DNA from: a virus | Lineage: Duplodnaviria; Heunggongvirae; Uroviricota; Caudoviricetes | Virus record (IMG/VR): IMGVR_UViG_2645727945_000025 | Span: 1 to 43,691 of that record | Length of the DNA stretch: 43,691 nt | Direction: 5' to 3' (one strand) | Shown here: piece by piece, positions 16,623 through 27,326 of the stretch | Layout of the letters: every line of letters begins with the position of its first letter | Numbering within the stretch: the first letter of the stretch is position 1 | The notes under the pieces: model-generated | Seen by the model: only the letters and a program-made list of their open reading frames with translations | The model's database searches: none | Told to the model about the DNA's origin: nothing | Translations under genes and position numbers: made by a program

Positions 16623-17146
16623 CTATCAAATCAAATACGCCAGCACACGACAAGGACTGCTGGCAAACGCCGCTTTGGCTTTTTGATGCACTGGATATTG
16701 AGTTTGGATTCTGGCTGGATTCGGCAGCGAGCGACAAAAATGCTCTGTGTGCTCACTGGCTAACTGAGGCCGACGACGCGCTCAATTCTGAGTGGGTAAG
16801 CCACGGTGCAATCTGGAATAACCCACCGTACAGCAATATCAGGCCGTGGGTGGAAAAAGCCGCTGAGCAGTGCATACAACAGCGACAGACGGTAGTTATG
16901 CTTGTGCCAGAGGATATGTCAGTCGGATGGTTCAGCAAGGCTCTGGAGAGTGTCGACGAAGTTCGCATTATCACTGATGGACGGATTAATTTTATCGAAC
17001 CATCGACAGGGTTGGAGAAGAAGGGAAACAGCAAAGGCTCCATGCTGCTGATTTGGCGACCGTTCATCAGTCCTCGACGGATGTTTACTACCGTATCCAA
17101 AGCGGCATTGATGGCGATCGGGCAGGGCGTCAGGAGGGCGGCATGA
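16619..17146 (+). CDS. DNA N6-adenine methyltransferase (phage Dam-like, orphan)
   Basis: NPPY catalytic motif (IWNNPPYS); ATGA overlap with ninB; no adjacent restriction gene. Confidence 0.8.
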   Translation: MTIKSNTPAHDKDCWQTPLWLFDALDIEFGFWLDSAASDKNALCAHWLTEADDALNSEWVSHGAIWNNPPYSNIRPWVEKAAEQCIQQRQTVVMLVPEDMSVGWFSKALESVDEVRIITDGRINFIEPSTGLEKKGNSKGSMLLIWRPFISPRRMFTTVSKAALMAIGQGVRRAA

Positions 17147-17319
17147 GGCGACAGCGACGAAGTATCACCGACATCATCTGCGAAAACTGCAAATACCTTC
17201 CAACGAAACGCTCCAGAAATAAACGCAAGCAAATCCCAAAAGAATCTGACGTAAAAACCTTCAACTACACGGCTCACCTGTGGGATATCCGGTGGCTAAG
17301 ACATCGTGCGAGGAAATGA
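17143..17319 (+). CDS. ninE: NinE
   Basis: Recalled similarity to lambda NinE ([20 protein letters not shown]...). Confidence 0.7.
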   Translation: MRRQRRSITDIICENCKYLPTKRSRNKRKQIPKESDVKTFNYTAHLWDIRWLRHRARK

Positions 17320-17321
17320 CA

Positions 17322-17681
17322 ATGGATTATTCACAGTTAAGTGATTTTGAAATTAACGTGGCGGTATTCGAAGCCATTCATAACGGATCACCGGATTACA
17401 AAGAAGGTGAGAATGGCGATATGGTGTTTGTCTCATTTGAGGGAGACATTGTAAACGGATACGCAGTTGAAGTAGAAGTTGAGCGCGGATCCTTTAACCC
17501 ATGCGCAAACCCAGCAGACGCATGGCCGATTATTGAAAAATACAGGATTAGCATTATCAATCTCGATGAAGACGAGTGGGGTGCACGCGGTGTGGCCTAC
17601 TGTAAATCTAAGCGAGCTATACATGAAAATCCCCTCCGCGCCGCCATGATTGTCTTTCTCATGATGCAGAGAATCCAATAA
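17322..17681 (+). CDS. NinX-like (DUF2591) protein
   Basis: Track ORF 17280-17681, start at Met15; nin-region context. Confidence 0.6.
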   Translation: MDYSQLSDFEINVAVFEAIHNGSPDYKEGENGDMVFVSFEGDIVNGYAVEVEVERGSFNPCANPADAWPIIEKYRISIINLDEDEWGARGVAYCKSKRAIHENPLRAAMIVFLMMQRIQ

Positions 17682-17857
17682 TGCTTAGCCCATCCCAATC
17701 CATTCAATACCAGAAAGAAAGCGTCGAGCGGGCTTTAACGTGCGCTAATTGCGGTCAAAAGCTGCATGTGCTGGAAGTTCACGTGTGTGAGCACTGCTGC
17801 GCAGAACTGATGAGCGATCCGAATAGCTCAATGTACGAGGAAGAAGACGATGAGTGA
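17681..17857 (+). CDS. ninF: NinF (58 aa)
   Basis: ATG overlapping ninX stop; C-terminal ...CANCGQKLHVLEVHVCEHCCAELMSDPNSSM... recalled from lambda NinF; below track threshold. Confidence 0.55.
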   Translation: MLSPSQSIQYQKESVERALTCANCGQKLHVLEVHVCEHCCAELMSDPNSSMYEEEDDE

Positions 17858-18062
17858 TTACCTGAAATGGTATCTCTGCCACCGCTGGTTAATTAAGTTT
17901 GCTGTAAAAGACTGGATGACAGCGGATGCCAACAAGCTTAAGCAAAGAAAAGACTATTACTACGCCAGAATGAAGGAAAACTACTGCTCAATTCGCACTC
18001 GCATATTTATTAAAAAAGACCTTCAGTCAATTCTTCAATTGCGAGGGAAGGTAAATGGCTAA
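17850..18062 (+). CDS. Hypothetical nin-region protein (70 aa)
   Basis: Track ORF. Confidence 0.45.
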   Translation: MSDYLKWYLCHRWLIKFAVKDWMTADANKLKQRKDYYYARMKENYCSIRTRIFIKKDLQSILQLRGKVNG

Positions 18063-18345
18063 CCTACGCAAAGAAGCGCGCGGCAGAGAATGCCAGGTAC
18101 GTATTTACGGCGTATGCAATGGCAATCCTGAAACTACAGTTCTGGCACATTACCGGATGGCTGGAATTTGCGGAACGGGAATGAAACCTGACGACATGAT
18201 CGGCGCATGGGCTTGTAGCGCGTGTCACGATGAAATCGACCGACGCACCCATAACCTCGACAACAAAGACGCCAGACTTTACCACCTCGAAGGCGTGATC
18301 AGGACGCAGGCGATACTGCTGAAGGAGGGGAAGATTAAGTCATGA
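18055..18345 (+). CDS. ybcO: YbcO-like (DUF1364) Cys-rich protein
   Basis: Recalled similarity to DLP12 YbcO (RGRECQVRI.GVCNGNPET.VLAH...CSACHDEIDRRTH). Confidence 0.65.
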   Translation: MANLRKEARGRECQVRIYGVCNGNPETTVLAHYRMAGICGTGMKPDDMIGAWACSACHDEIDRRTHNLDNKDARLYHLEGVIRTQAILLKEGKIKS

Positions 18346-18704
18346 ACGAATATCAGTTTGTGCTTCCATACCCGCCGTCGGTGAACACCTACTGGCGAAG
18401 ACGGGGAAGCCAATACTACATCAGCGATAAAGGCCAGAAATACCGAAAAGACGTTCAGCAAATCATCCGCCAACTCAAGTTAGACATTTTCACCAAATCA
18501 CGACTACGAATCAAAATAATCGCAGACATTCCGGACTCACGTCGCCGCGATCTCGACAACATCCTTAAATGCTTGCTCGACTCCCTTATCCACGCCGGAT
18601 TTGCGGAAGACGACGAGCAATTCGATGACATTCGCGTAATTCGTGGTGTGAAAGTACCAGGCGGAAGGCTTGGAATAAAAATCACCGAACTGGAGAACGT
18701 ATGA
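18342..18704 (+). CDS. rusA: RusA Holliday-junction resolvase
   Basis: 120 aa; RusA motifs (PPS.N.Y, DIPD.RRRDLDN, GGRL.I.I.E). Confidence 0.85.
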   Translation: MNEYQFVLPYPPSVNTYWRRRGSQYYISDKGQKYRKDVQQIIRQLKLDIFTKSRLRIKIIADIPDSRRRDLDNILKCLLDSLIHAGFAEDDEQFDDIRVIRGVKVPGGRLGIKITELENV

Positions 18705-18889
18705 ACGCCACAATTCAAACGATACCAGAGCTTCTTATCCAGACACGAGGCAATCAGACCGAAGTGGCGAGGATGCTTTCCTGCGCAAGAGGAACAGTGC
18801 TCAAGTACAACCGAGACAGCAAAGGCGAGCGTCATGTAATAGTTAACGGCGTCCTGATGGTCAAACAGGGCAAGAGGGGAAGACGATGA
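18701..18889 (+). CDS. ninH: NinH-like protein
   Basis: Recalled similarity to lambda NinH (GNQTEVAR.L.C.RGTV.KY). Confidence 0.6.
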   Translation: MNATIQTIPELLIQTRGNQTEVARMLSCARGTVLKYNRDSKGERHVIVNGVLMVKQGKRGRR

Positions 18890-19404
18890 GCATAAGAGAA
18901 CTAAATCTCACCAAAGAGCAGCACGAGTGGCTGAATGGCTGGCTTGAACTGTGGGGCGCATGGGTTTATTCAGGTCGTCTGGAAAAGCGCATGAGCAGCG
19001 TAATAGCGAAGTTCATGGAGAGCGTAGAGCCGGGAAGAGTTATGACAAGGCCAATGTGCAATGATGATGATGGAATGTTGATTTCTCAGGTCGTCGATTC
19101 CGTCATGTACATTGACAAAAAAGCCTTTGGGATCCTCCTCAGCTACTACGCTCATGGTTCATCTAAGCGAGCAATTGCATCCTACTATCACGCGACTGCA
19201 AAGCCACGCAAGATGTGTGGACGTGGTGGCGAGGGATGGAGAAAACCTTCACTGGCAACCTGTAGAAACGAAATTGACGACATCCTGAAAGCGTCGTTAT
19301 TTGTTTTGTACCAACCAATGCAAAATGCTTTCAAAATGCGTAAACGTGTTGAGAAAGTTAAGCATGTTGCTGTTAAAAGCCTTGACATGCAATTAGCCAT
19401 TTAG
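18886..19404 (+). CDS. Q: Late-gene antiterminator Q (P22 gp23-type family)
   Basis: Motifs LELWGAW, RPMCNDDDGMLI, SYYAHG shared with P22-type Q; immediately upstream of PR' and the lysis genes. Confidence 0.75.
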   Translation: MSIRELNLTKEQHEWLNGWLELWGAWVYSGRLEKRMSSVIAKFMESVEPGRVMTRPMCNDDDGMLISQVVDSVMYIDKKAFGILLSYYAHGSSKRAIASYYHATAKPRKMCGRGGEGWRKPSLATCRNEIDDILKASLFVLYQPMQNAFKMRKRVEKVKHVAVKSLDMQLAI

Positions 19405-19411
19405 CCATAAT
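19382..19411 (+). promoter_or_regulatory. Candidate late promoter PR' (-35 TTGACA, -10 CATAAT)
   Basis: Consensus hexamers with 18-bp spacer at the 3' end of Q. Confidence 0.5.
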
Positions 19412-19420
19412 TAGCAGGTA

Positions 19421-19466
19421 AGCTGCCGTTAGTGACTCTTAAGTTGCAACGGTGGCTTTTTTATTT
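19421..19466 (+). terminator. Intrinsic terminator just after Q/PR' (approx.)
   Basis: AGCTGCCGTT...AACGGTGGCT imperfect hairpin followed by TTTTTTATTTG. Confidence 0.5.
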
Positions 19467-19703
19467 GCACAACAGGTAAGAGCATTCTCCCTTATGGGGC
19501 TTGGCTTAAATGCACCGAGTGCTCTTATCGTTGTGCTGAATTAAGCGAATGCCGGAAGCAGAACCGGATCACCAAATGCGTACAGGCGTCATCGCCGCCC
19601 AGCAACAGCACAACCTAAACTGAGCCGTAGCCACTGGCTATCCTGAATTCATCAGTGATAGTTACGCTGCGGCCTTCTACACATGATCTTCGTGAAAGCG
19701 GGT

Positions 19704-19740
19704 GGCAGGAGGTCGCGCTAACAACCTCCTGCCGTTTTGC
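19704..19740 (+). terminator. Second intrinsic terminator in the Q-S leader (tR'-like)
   Basis: GGCAGGAGGT-CGCGCTAACA-ACCTCCTGCC hairpin followed by GTTTTGC. Confidence 0.45.
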
Positions 19741-19858
19741 CCGTGCATATCGGTCACGAACAAATCTGATTACTAAACACAGTAGCCTGGATTTGTTCTA
19801 TCAGTAATCGACCTTATTCCTAATTAAATAGAGCAAATCCCCTTATTGGGGGTAAGAC

Positions 19859-20182
19859 ATGAAGATGCCAGAAAAACATGACCTGTTAGCCGCCATTCTC
19901 GCGGCAAAGGAACAAGGCATCGGGGCAATCCTTGCGTTTGCAATGGCGTACCTTCGCGGCAGATATAATGGCGGTGCGTTTACAAAAACAGTAATCGACG
20001 CAACGATGTGCGCCATTATCGCCTGGTTCATTCGTGACCTTCTCGACTTCGCCGGATTAAGTAGCAATCTCGCTTATATAACGAGCGTGTTCATCGGCTA
20101 CATCGGTACTGACTCGATTGGTTCGCTTATCAAACGCTTCGCTGCTAAAAAAGCCGGAGTAGAAGATGGTGGAAATCAATAA
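19859..20182 (+). CDS. S: Holin, lambda S type (dual-start MKMPEK), 107 aa
   Basis: Recalled near-identity to lambda S. Confidence 0.95.
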   Translation: MKMPEKHDLLAAILAAKEQGIGAILAFAMAYLRGRYNGGAFTKTVIDATMCAIIAWFIRDLLDFAGLSSNLAYITSVFIGYIGTDSIGSLIKRFAAKKAGVEDGGNQ

Positions 20183-20642
20183 TCAACGTAAGGCGTTCCT
20201 CGATATGCTGGCGTGGTCGGAGGGAACTGATAACGGACGTCAGAAAACCAGAAATCATGGTTATGACGTCATTGTAGGCGGAGAGCTATTCACTGATTAC
20301 TCCGATCACCCTCGCAAACTTGTCACGCTAAACCCAAAACTCAAATCAACAGCAGCCGGACGTTACCAGCTTCTTTCCCGTTGGTGGGATGCCTATCGCA
20401 AGCAGCTCGGACTGAAAGACTTCTCTCCGAAAAGCCAGGACGCTGTGGCACTGCAACAGATTAAAGAGCGTGGCGCTTTACCGATGATTGATCGCGGTGA
20501 TATCCGTCAGGCTATCGACCGTTGCAGCAATATCTGGGCTTCACTGCCTGGCGCTGGTTATGGTCAGTTCGAGCATAAGGCTGACAGCCTGATTGCAAAA
20601 TTCAAAGAAGCGGGTGGAACGGTCAGAGAGATTGAGGTATGA
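20166..20642 (+). CDS. R: Endolysin, lambda R lytic transglycosylase, 158 aa
   Basis: Recalled near-identity to lambda R. Confidence 0.95.
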   Translation: MVEINNQRKAFLDMLAWSEGTDNGRQKTRNHGYDVIVGGELFTDYSDHPRKLVTLNPKLKSTAAGRYQLLSRWWDAYRKQLGLKDFSPKSQDAVALQQIKERGALPMIDRGDIRQAIDRCSNIWASLPGAGYGQFEHKADSLIAKFKEAGGTVREIEV

Positions 20643-21076
20643 GCAGAGTAACCGCGATTATCTCCGCTCTGGTTATCTGCATCATCGTCTGTCTGTCATG
20701 GGCTGTTAATCATTACCGTGATAACGCCATGACCTACAAAGAGCAGCGCGATAAAGCCACATCCATCATCGCTGATATGCAGAAGCGTCAACGTGATGTA
20801 GCTGAACTCGATGCCAGATACACAAAGGAGCTTGCTGATGCTAACGCGACTATCGAAAGTCTCCGTGCTGATGTTTCTGCTGGGCGTAAGCGCCTGCAGG
20901 TCGCCGCCACCTGTGCAAAGTCAACGACCGGAGCCAGCGGCATGGGCGATGGAGAAAGCCCAAGACTTACAGCAGATGCTGAACTCAATTATTACCGTCT
21001 CCGAAGTGGAATCGACAGGATAACCGCGCAGGTTAACTACCTGCAGGAATACATCAGGACGCAATGCCTTCGATGA
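20639..21076 (+). CDS. Rz: i-spanin Rz
   Basis: N-terminal TM segment and coiled-coil periplasmic domain similar to lambda Rz. Confidence 0.85.
   Translation: MSRVTAIISALVICIIVCLSWAVNHYRDNAMTYKEQRDKATSIIADMQKRQRDVAELDARYTKELADANATIESLRADVSAGRKRLQVAATCAKSTTGASGMGDGESPRLTADAELNYYRLRSGIDRITAQVNYLQEYIRTQCLR
20838..21023 (+). CDS. Rz1: o-spanin Rz1 lipoprotein embedded in the +1 frame of Rz
   Basis: Signal peptide [20 protein letters not shown] with lipobox, proline-rich mature part; nested in Rz as in lambda. Confidence 0.6.
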   Translation: MLTRLSKVSVLMFLLGVSACRSPPPVQSQRPEPAAWAMEKAQDLQQMLNSIITVSEVESTG

Positions 21077-21523
21077 TAGCGATAATTTTACTCATCATCC
21101 TTCACATCTGGCTCTGTAGACAGGGTGGTGATCACTTCTGGAGTGAATCCAGATTAAACATCTCATTGCTGATGCTTGATATTGAGCATCTGGCGCGCGG
21201 TAAGGGGCTGCGTTGAGATAAGAGCCAGTTCATTACAAAGCCTATCTACTGGTGGGCTTGATAATGAAACCGGAATTTATTCTGGGTAACCAGTTACGGC
21301 AGTACCGCGAAACAACCCAAGCCAGTAAGTGGGGAAATAACACTGGCAGCCACTGAAAGATGAACCTCCTGCCTTATGGCAAAAAAGATTCTTTGTGGTG
21401 GCGGACTGATGGAAAGACATCGGTTATTGCAGAGGCCATTCAATGAGTGGTCTCGACAATGGCTTATACCCTACACGGGATAACTTAACTGATATCCCTT
21501 TTAACGGATAAACGGAGCCAACA

Positions 21524-21766
21524 ATGGCAGAGATTATTCCCATGACTGAAGAACAGAAATTCAAGTTAGAAATTTACCGACTGCTATCTAAGAACAATTC
21601 AGCGGCAGAGGAAGCGTTTGCATTCATTGGTGCTGACCAGTTGAAACTGGAATTGTTCAAGTTGCACTACAACGATGGCGGTGCAAATCCAGACTTCACA
21701 TCTCGCACTATCGAAGCGGTGCGTAAATCGAAGGAAGCGTTAGACCTGTTCACTACCGGAGGGTAA
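21524..21766 (+). CDS. Hypothetical protein (80 aa)
   Basis: Track ORF. Confidence 0.45.
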   Translation: MAEIIPMTEEQKFKLEIYRLLSKNNSAAEEAFAFIGADQLKLELFKLHYNDGGANPDFTSRTIEAVRKSKEALDLFTTGG

Positions 21767-21769
21767 GAG

Positions 21770-22057
21770 ATGACTGAACAAGAAATGCCGAGATACCAGT
21801 GCCACAAAAAAGTTCGCGCCCTGAAGATTGGCTCTATAGAACATAAGCCAAACCCAGATCAGTCTGGTAAGACTGGCTCTTCTAGTTATGGGGCAATTAT
21901 TCATCCGGATGATAAGAAATACGCAGCATTTGATGTTAGCGCGGAATATATCTGTAAGCACCGACCAATGTCTGGAGGCTATTACGTTGTCTATGAGGAT
22001 GGATATGAATCATATTCTCCTGCTGAGGTATTTGAGTCTGGATATTCAAAATTATAG
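21770..22057 (+). CDS. Hypothetical protein (95 aa)
   Basis: Track ORF. Confidence 0.45.
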   Translation: MTEQEMPRYQCHKKVRALKIGSIEHKPNPDQSGKTGSSSYGAIIHPDDKKYAAFDVSAEYICKHRPMSGGYYVVYEDGYESYSPAEVFESGYSKL

Positions 22058-22066
22058 GAATCCTCT

Positions 22067-22246
22067 ATGACAAGCGTCGTTGATCTTGGTAAGGAGAAGA
22101 AATTCCCAATTACTCAAGAGCTATACGAGCGGCTGGAAAGCGTCATTCATGATTACGATGGTGAAATCAGTTTATGCGAGGCGATTGGCACACTCGAATT
22201 GCTGAAGCAGTCACTGATTGAAGGCGCGAAAGAGTCCTCAGCCTGA
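22067..22246 (+). CDS. Possible small protein (59 aa)
   Basis: ATG-initiated ORF just below track threshold. Confidence 0.3.
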   Translation: MTSVVDLGKEKKFPITQELYERLESVIHDYDGEISLCEAIGTLELLKQSLIEGAKESSA

Positions 22247-22269
22247 AATGACAATTAAGTGAGATAAAT

Positions 22270-22758
22270 ATGGCAGCACCAAAGGGCAACCGATTTTGGG
22301 AGGCCCGCAGTAGTCATGGGAGAAACCCTAAATTCGAATCGCCTGAGGCGCTGTGGGCTGCTTGTTGTGAATACTTCGAGTGGGCTGATGATAACCCACT
22401 ATGGGAGGGTAAGGTATTTTCATATCAGGGAGAAATAATTAAGGCTAATGTCCCTAAGATGCGAGCCATGACTATTTCAGGATTGTGTACCTTCCTTGAT
22501 ATCACCAGGCAAACGTGGGGAACCTTCCGGTCAATGGAAGGTTTTTCTGACGTCACATCACGAGCGGAAGACATCATCTACGACCAGAAATTCTCTGGCG
22601 CAGCCGCTGACCTTCTCAACGCTAACATAATCGCCCGCGATTTGGGCCTCAAAGAGCAGTCGCAAGTTGAAGACGTGACACCTGATAAGGGAGATCGCGA
22701 TAAGCGACGCTCTCGTATCAAGGAGCTTTTCAACCGTGGAACTGGACGCGATTCTTGA
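22270..22758 (+). CDS. Terminase small subunit (P22 gp3-like, 162 aa)
   Basis: Size and position immediately upstream of, and overlapping, the large terminase. Confidence 0.75.
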   Translation: MAAPKGNRFWEARSSHGRNPKFESPEALWAACCEYFEWADDNPLWEGKVFSYQGEIIKANVPKMRAMTISGLCTFLDITRQTWGTFRSMEGFSDVTSRAEDIIYDQKFSGAAADLLNANIIARDLGLKEQSQVEDVTPDKGDRDKRRSRIKELFNRGTGRDS

Positions 22759-24235
22759 TAACCTGAGCGACGAAGAGCAAATCGAATTGCTCGAGCTACT
22801 CGAAGAAGAAGAGAACTACCGGAACACACACCTGCTATATGAATTTACGCCATACAGCAAACAGCGTGAGTTCATCGACGCCGGGCATGACTATCCAGAG
22901 CGCTGTTTTATGGCTGGTAACCAGCTTGGTAAGTCATTTACTGGTGCTGCTGAAGTCGCGTTTCACCTTACAGGGCGTTATCCGGGCACAAAAGGCTATC
23001 CTGCTGATGGTAAATATGGCGGTGAGTGGAAAGGTAAGCGTTTCTATGAGCCTGTTGTCTTCTGGATTGGCGGCGAGACAAACGAGACTGTAACCAAAAC
23101 GACTCAACGCATCCTGTGCGGTCGTATCGAAGAGAATGATGAGCCTGGCTACGGTTCCATACCGAAAGAAGACATCATTAGCTGGAAGAAGTCTCCTTTC
23201 TTTCCGAACCTTGTTGATCATCTTCTGGTTAAGCATCACACGGCTGATGGCGTTGAAGATGGCATTTCAATCTGCTACTTCAAACCATACTCGCAAGGCC
23301 GCGCTCGCTGGCAGGGTGACACAATCCACGGCGTGTGGTTTGACGAAGAGCCACCATACAGCATTTATGGCGAAGGTCTTACCCGTACCAACAAATACGG
23401 GCAATTCTCAATTCTGACGTTTACCCCGCTGATGGGGATGTCTGACGTTGTTACCAAGTTCCTGAAGAATCCCAGCAAGTCGCAGAAAGTGGTCAACATG
23501 ACCATCTATGACGCTGAGCACTACACCGACGAGCAGAAAGAGCAAATCATCGCATCATATCCTGAGCATGAGAGAGAGGCGCGTGCTCGCGGTATTCCTA
23601 CGATGGGTAGCGGGCGAATCTTCCAGATACCGGAAGAGACGATTAAGTGTCAGCCGTTTGAGTGCCCTGATCACTTCTACGTAATTGGCGGGATGGATTT
23701 CGGATGGGATCACCCGCAGGCGCAGGTTCAGCTTTGGTGGGATAAGGACGCAGACACAATCTACGTTTCACGCGTGTGGAAGGCGAAAGAAAAAACAGCC
23801 GTTCAGGCATGGGGAGCTGTTAAATCATGGGCGCATAAAGTGCCAACAGCATGGCCTCATGACGGAAACCAGCATGAGAAGGGCGGCGGTGAGCAGCTCA
23901 AAGGGCAGTATGCAGATGCTGGTTTTATGATGTTGCAGGAGCATGCGACATGGCCTGATGGCGGTAATGCTGTTGAGCCTGGCATCACTGAATTGCGAGA
24001 CATGATGCTTGATGGTCGCTTCAAAGTATTCAACACCTGTGAGCCATTCTTTGAGGAGTTTCGCCTCTATCACCGTGATGAAAACGGGAAGATCGTCAAG
24101 CTTAACGATGACGTTCTCTCCGCCGTTCGCTATGCATACATGATGCGCCGCTTCGCCAAAATGATGCGCGACATCAAAAAACCAAAAGAGAAAAAGATAC
24201 CAGCCCCAATCAGGCCCATCGCACGGAGAACTTAA
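22736..24235 (+). CDS. Terminase large subunit (P22 gp2-like, 499 aa)
   Basis: Recalled near-identity to P22 gp2. Confidence 0.95.
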   Translation: MELDAILDNLSDEEQIELLELLEEEENYRNTHLLYEFTPYSKQREFIDAGHDYPERCFMAGNQLGKSFTGAAEVAFHLTGRYPGTKGYPADGKYGGEWKGKRFYEPVVFWIGGETNETVTKTTQRILCGRIEENDEPGYGSIPKEDIISWKKSPFFPNLVDHLLVKHHTADGVEDGISICYFKPYSQGRARWQGDTIHGVWFDEEPPYSIYGEGLTRTNKYGQFSILTFTPLMGMSDVVTKFLKNPSKSQKVVNMTIYDAEHYTDEQKEQIIASYPEHEREARARGIPTMGSGRIFQIPEETIKCQPFECPDHFYVIGGMDFGWDHPQAQVQLWWDKDADTIYVSRVWKAKEKTAVQAWGAVKSWAHKVPTAWPHDGNQHEKGGGEQLKGQYADAGFMMLQEHATWPDGGNAVEPGITELRDMMLDGRFKVFNTCEPFFEEFRLYHRDENGKIVKLNDDVLSAVRYAYMMRRFAKMMRDIKKPKEKKIPAPIRPIARRT

Positions 24236-26401
24236 ATGGCCGACGAAAACAGACTCAATTCCATTCTGTGTAAGTTTGACGCAGACTGGATGGCGAGCGA
24301 TGAAGCCAGAACCGAGGCGACAAATGACCTGTATTTTAGCCGAGTGTCGCAATGGGATGACTGGCTATCAAACTACACCACCCTGCAATATCGCGGACAA
24401 TTCGATGTTGTTCGCCCGGTGGTCAGGAAACTGGTCGCAGAGATGCGCCGGAACCCTATCGACGTTCTCTTCCGACCCAAAGACGGCGCTAATCATGATG
24501 CAGCCGATGTGTTGATGGGGATGTATCGTACTGATATGCGCCATAACACGGCAAAGATTGCCGTTAACGTTGGCGTTCGTGAGCAGATAGAGTCCGGCGT
24601 TGGTGCATGGCGTCTGGTCACACAGTACGAAGACAACGACCCAACAAGCAACAATCAGGTAATCAGACGCCTGCCAATTCATGAAGCCTGCTCACACGTC
24701 ATATGGGACGCCAACAGCAAGCAGATGGATAAGAGCGACGCTAAGCACTGCACGGTGATTAACGCCTTGTCGCGCAATGGCTGGAAAGAGTTCGCAGAGG
24801 ATTACGGTATTGATCCGGACACCTTGCCATCTTTCCAGAATCCGAACGATACATGGCTGTTTCCGTGGGTATCGAATGATGTCGTCTACGTCGCTGAGTA
24901 TTACGAGGTCGAAGAGAAGAAAGAGAAGGTCTTCATCTACCGCGACCCGCTGACAGGTGAGCCGGTCAGCTATTACCAGCAGGATATCAAAGACGTCATC
25001 GACGACCTGGCTAATCGTGGATTCATTAAGGTAGCAGAGCGTAAGGTCAAGCGTCGGCGTGTGTATAAGTCGATCATCACCTGCACGCAGATACTGAAAG
25101 ACCGCGAGAAGATAGCCGGAGAGCATATTCCAATCGTTCCAGTGTATGGCGAATGGTCATTCGCTGGTGACAAGGAGTGCTACGAAGGAGTGGTAAGGCT
25201 GACGAAAGACGGTCAGCGCCTTCGTAACATGATCATGTCGTTCAACGCCGATATCGTTGCTCGTTCACCGAAGAAGAAACCGACCTTCTTCCCTGAGCAA
25301 GTCGAAGGCTACGAATACATGTACGGTGGAAATGATGACTATCAGTACTATCTGCAGAACAGGACCGATGAAAACGGTAACGACCTGCCGATTGGTCCAA
25401 TCTCCTACATGGAAAACCCTGAAGTGCCGCAAGCCAACGCTTACATGCTTGAGGCTGCCACCAACGCAGTGAAAGAGGTGGCTAGTCTTGGCGTGGATGC
25501 GCAGGCGGCAAATGGTCAGGTCGCTTTCGATACCGTCAATCAACTGAACATGCGGGCAGACCTTGAGACATACGTGTTTCAGGATAACCTGGCTACCGCA
25601 ATGCGACGTGATGGCGAGATTTATGCCTCAATGGTCAACGATATTTATGACGTTCCTCGTCATGTAACGCTGACACTTGAAGATGGAAGCGAGAAAGACG
25701 TTCAACTCTATGCGCAAGTTGTCGATTACCAGTCCGGCAATGTGGTCACACTCAACGACATTCGTGGTCGATATGAGTGCTATACAGACGTTGGGCCATC
25801 CTTCCAGAGTATGAAGGAACAGAACCGCGCAGAGATTCAGGAGTTGCTCACCAAGGTTCCGCAAGGTACTCCAGAGTTCCAGATGCTGATGCTGCAATAC
25901 TTCACGCTGCTTGACGGTAAAGGCGTCGAGATGATGCGAGAGTACGCGAACAAGCAACTGGTAATGATGGGGCTGAAGAAACCAGAAACACCTGAAGAGA
26001 TGGAGATGGTGCAACAGGCACAACAACAGCCGCAGCAGCCATCAGCAGAGCAAATTCAGGCGCAGGGTATCCTTCTGCAAGGTCAGGCTGAATTGCTCAA
26101 GGCAGAGAACCAACAGGCGCAGATTCAGGTTGAAGCTGCCAAGGTTGAAGCTCAAAACCAACTCAACGCCGCGAAGATTGCAGAAATCTTCAACAATATG
26201 GATCTCGACAAGCAGGCAGAACTGCGTGAGTACCTCAAGCTCGTAGGTCAATTCCAGCAACAGCGCAGCAAAGATGCTCGTGCTAACGCTGAGCTGCTTC
26301 TTAAAGATGCAGACCAGACTCATTCACAACGCATGGATTTCGCGAATCTTATGCGTCAAGTTCAAATCCCCTCCGGCGGAGTAGCCGAGACACCTCAATA
26401 A
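24236..26401 (+). CDS. Portal protein (P22 gp1-like, 721 aa)
   Basis: Recalled high similarity to P22 portal, including the Gln-rich C-terminal barrel. Confidence 0.95.
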   Translation: MADENRLNSILCKFDADWMASDEARTEATNDLYFSRVSQWDDWLSNYTTLQYRGQFDVVRPVVRKLVAEMRRNPIDVLFRPKDGANHDAADVLMGMYRTDMRHNTAKIAVNVGVREQIESGVGAWRLVTQYEDNDPTSNNQVIRRLPIHEACSHVIWDANSKQMDKSDAKHCTVINALSRNGWKEFAEDYGIDPDTLPSFQNPNDTWLFPWVSNDVVYVAEYYEVEEKKEKVFIYRDPLTGEPVSYYQQDIKDVIDDLANRGFIKVAERKVKRRRVYKSIITCTQILKDREKIAGEHIPIVPVYGEWSFAGDKECYEGVVRLTKDGQRLRNMIMSFNADIVARSPKKKPTFFPEQVEGYEYMYGGNDDYQYYLQNRTDENGNDLPIGPISYMENPEVPQANAYMLEAATNAVKEVASLGVDAQAANGQVAFDTVNQLNMRADLETYVFQDNLATAMRRDGEIYASMVNDIYDVPRHVTLTLEDGSEKDVQLYAQVVDYQSGNVVTLNDIRGRYECYTDVGPSFQSMKEQNRAEIQELLTKVPQGTPEFQMLMLQYFTLLDGKGVEMMREYANKQLVMMGLKKPETPEEMEMVQQAQQQPQQPSAEQIQAQGILLQGQAELLKAENQQAQIQVEAAKVEAQNQLNAAKIAEIFNNMDLDKQAELREYLKLVGQFQQQRSKDARANAELLLKDADQTHSQRMDFANLMRQVQIPSGGVAETPQ

Positions 26402-26414
26402 GAGAGAGTTAATC

Positions 26415-27326
26415 ATGGACCAAACCACCGACATTCAGGCTTCTGAAGAATTAACCCTGCCCGGCAATCATGCAGCGGCATCTGCTGATGGCTTAGTTGT
26501 CGATAATGCCAACGACAACGCAGGTCAGGAAGAAGGCTTCGAGATTGTCCTGAAAGACGATGAGAAACCAAAACAAGACCCGGCAACTAATGCTGAATTT
26601 GCCCGTCGCCGCATCGAACGCAAACGCCAGCGTGAGCTTGAGCAGCAGATGGAAGCGGTTAAGCGTGGAGAGTTGCCGGAGCACCTGCGGGTGAACCCTG
26701 AGTTACCAAAACAACCAGACCCTAACGATTATCTTTCCGAAGATGCACTGGCTAAGTACGACTATGACCAGAGCCGCGCACTGGCTGCCTTCCAGCAGGC
26801 AAACAGTGAATGGCAGATCAAGGCTATGGACGCACGAAGCCAGGCTGTCGCCGAGCAGGGTCGCAAAACTCAGGAGTTCACCCAGCAATCAGCGCAATAC
26901 GTCGAGGCAGCCCGTAAGCACTACGACGCAGCGGAAAAGCTCAATATCCCTGACTATCAGGAGAAAGAGGATGCATTCATGCAACTGGTGCCGCCAGCAG
27001 TCGGTGCCGACATCATGCGCCTCTTCCCGGAGAAATCCGCTGCTCTCATGTATCACCTTGGTGCTAATCCTGAGAAAACACGCCAGTTGCTGGCGATGGA
27101 CGGGCAATCCGCGCTGATTGAACTCACTCGACTGTCAGAACGTTTAACTCTCAAGCCTCGAGCCAAGCCTGTTTCAGAAGCCCCGTTACCTGATGAACCC
27201 ATTCAGGGACACGCTGTTGCTGCAAATATCTCTGCGATTGAAAAGCAGATGGAAGCGGCAGCAAACAAAGGGGATGTAGAGACATACCGCAAGCTCAAGG
27301 CGCAACTGAATAAAGGAATTCGATAA
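26415..27326 (+). CDS. Scaffolding protein (P22 gp8-like, 303 aa)
   Basis: Recalled high similarity to P22 gp8. Confidence 0.9.
   Translation: MDQTTDIQASEELTLPGNHAAASADGLVVDNANDNAGQEEGFEIVLKDDEKPKQDPATNAEFARRRIERKRQRELEQQMEAVKRGELPEHLRVNPELPKQPDPNDYLSEDALAKYDYDQSRALAAFQQANSEWQIKAMDARSQAVAEQGRKTQEFTQQSAQYVEAARKHYDAAEKLNIPDYQEKEDAFMQLVPPAVGADIMRLFPEKSAALMYHLGANPEKTRQLLAMDGQSALIELTRLSERLTLKPRAKPVSEAPLPDEPIQGHAVAANISAIEKQMEAAANKGDVETYRKLKAQLNKGIR

Noticed and set aside
17681-17857. Apparent frameshift in ninF
   Set aside because: My first manual translation suggested a +1 shift, but anchoring to the track coordinates (ninX stop at 17679-17681) gives an intact 58-aa NinF in one frame; the shift was most likely my miscounting in a C-run
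19405-19858. Toxin or virulence cargo (stx-like) between Q and S
   Set aside because: No ORF of 60 codons or more; the region contains only promoter and terminator-like elements
22934-26323. Long antisense ORFs inside terminase and portal genes (e.g. 23825-24352, 24692-25126, 25628-26026, 26042-26323)
   Set aside because: Embedded opposite well-supported structural genes, without RBS or operon logic; shadow ORFs
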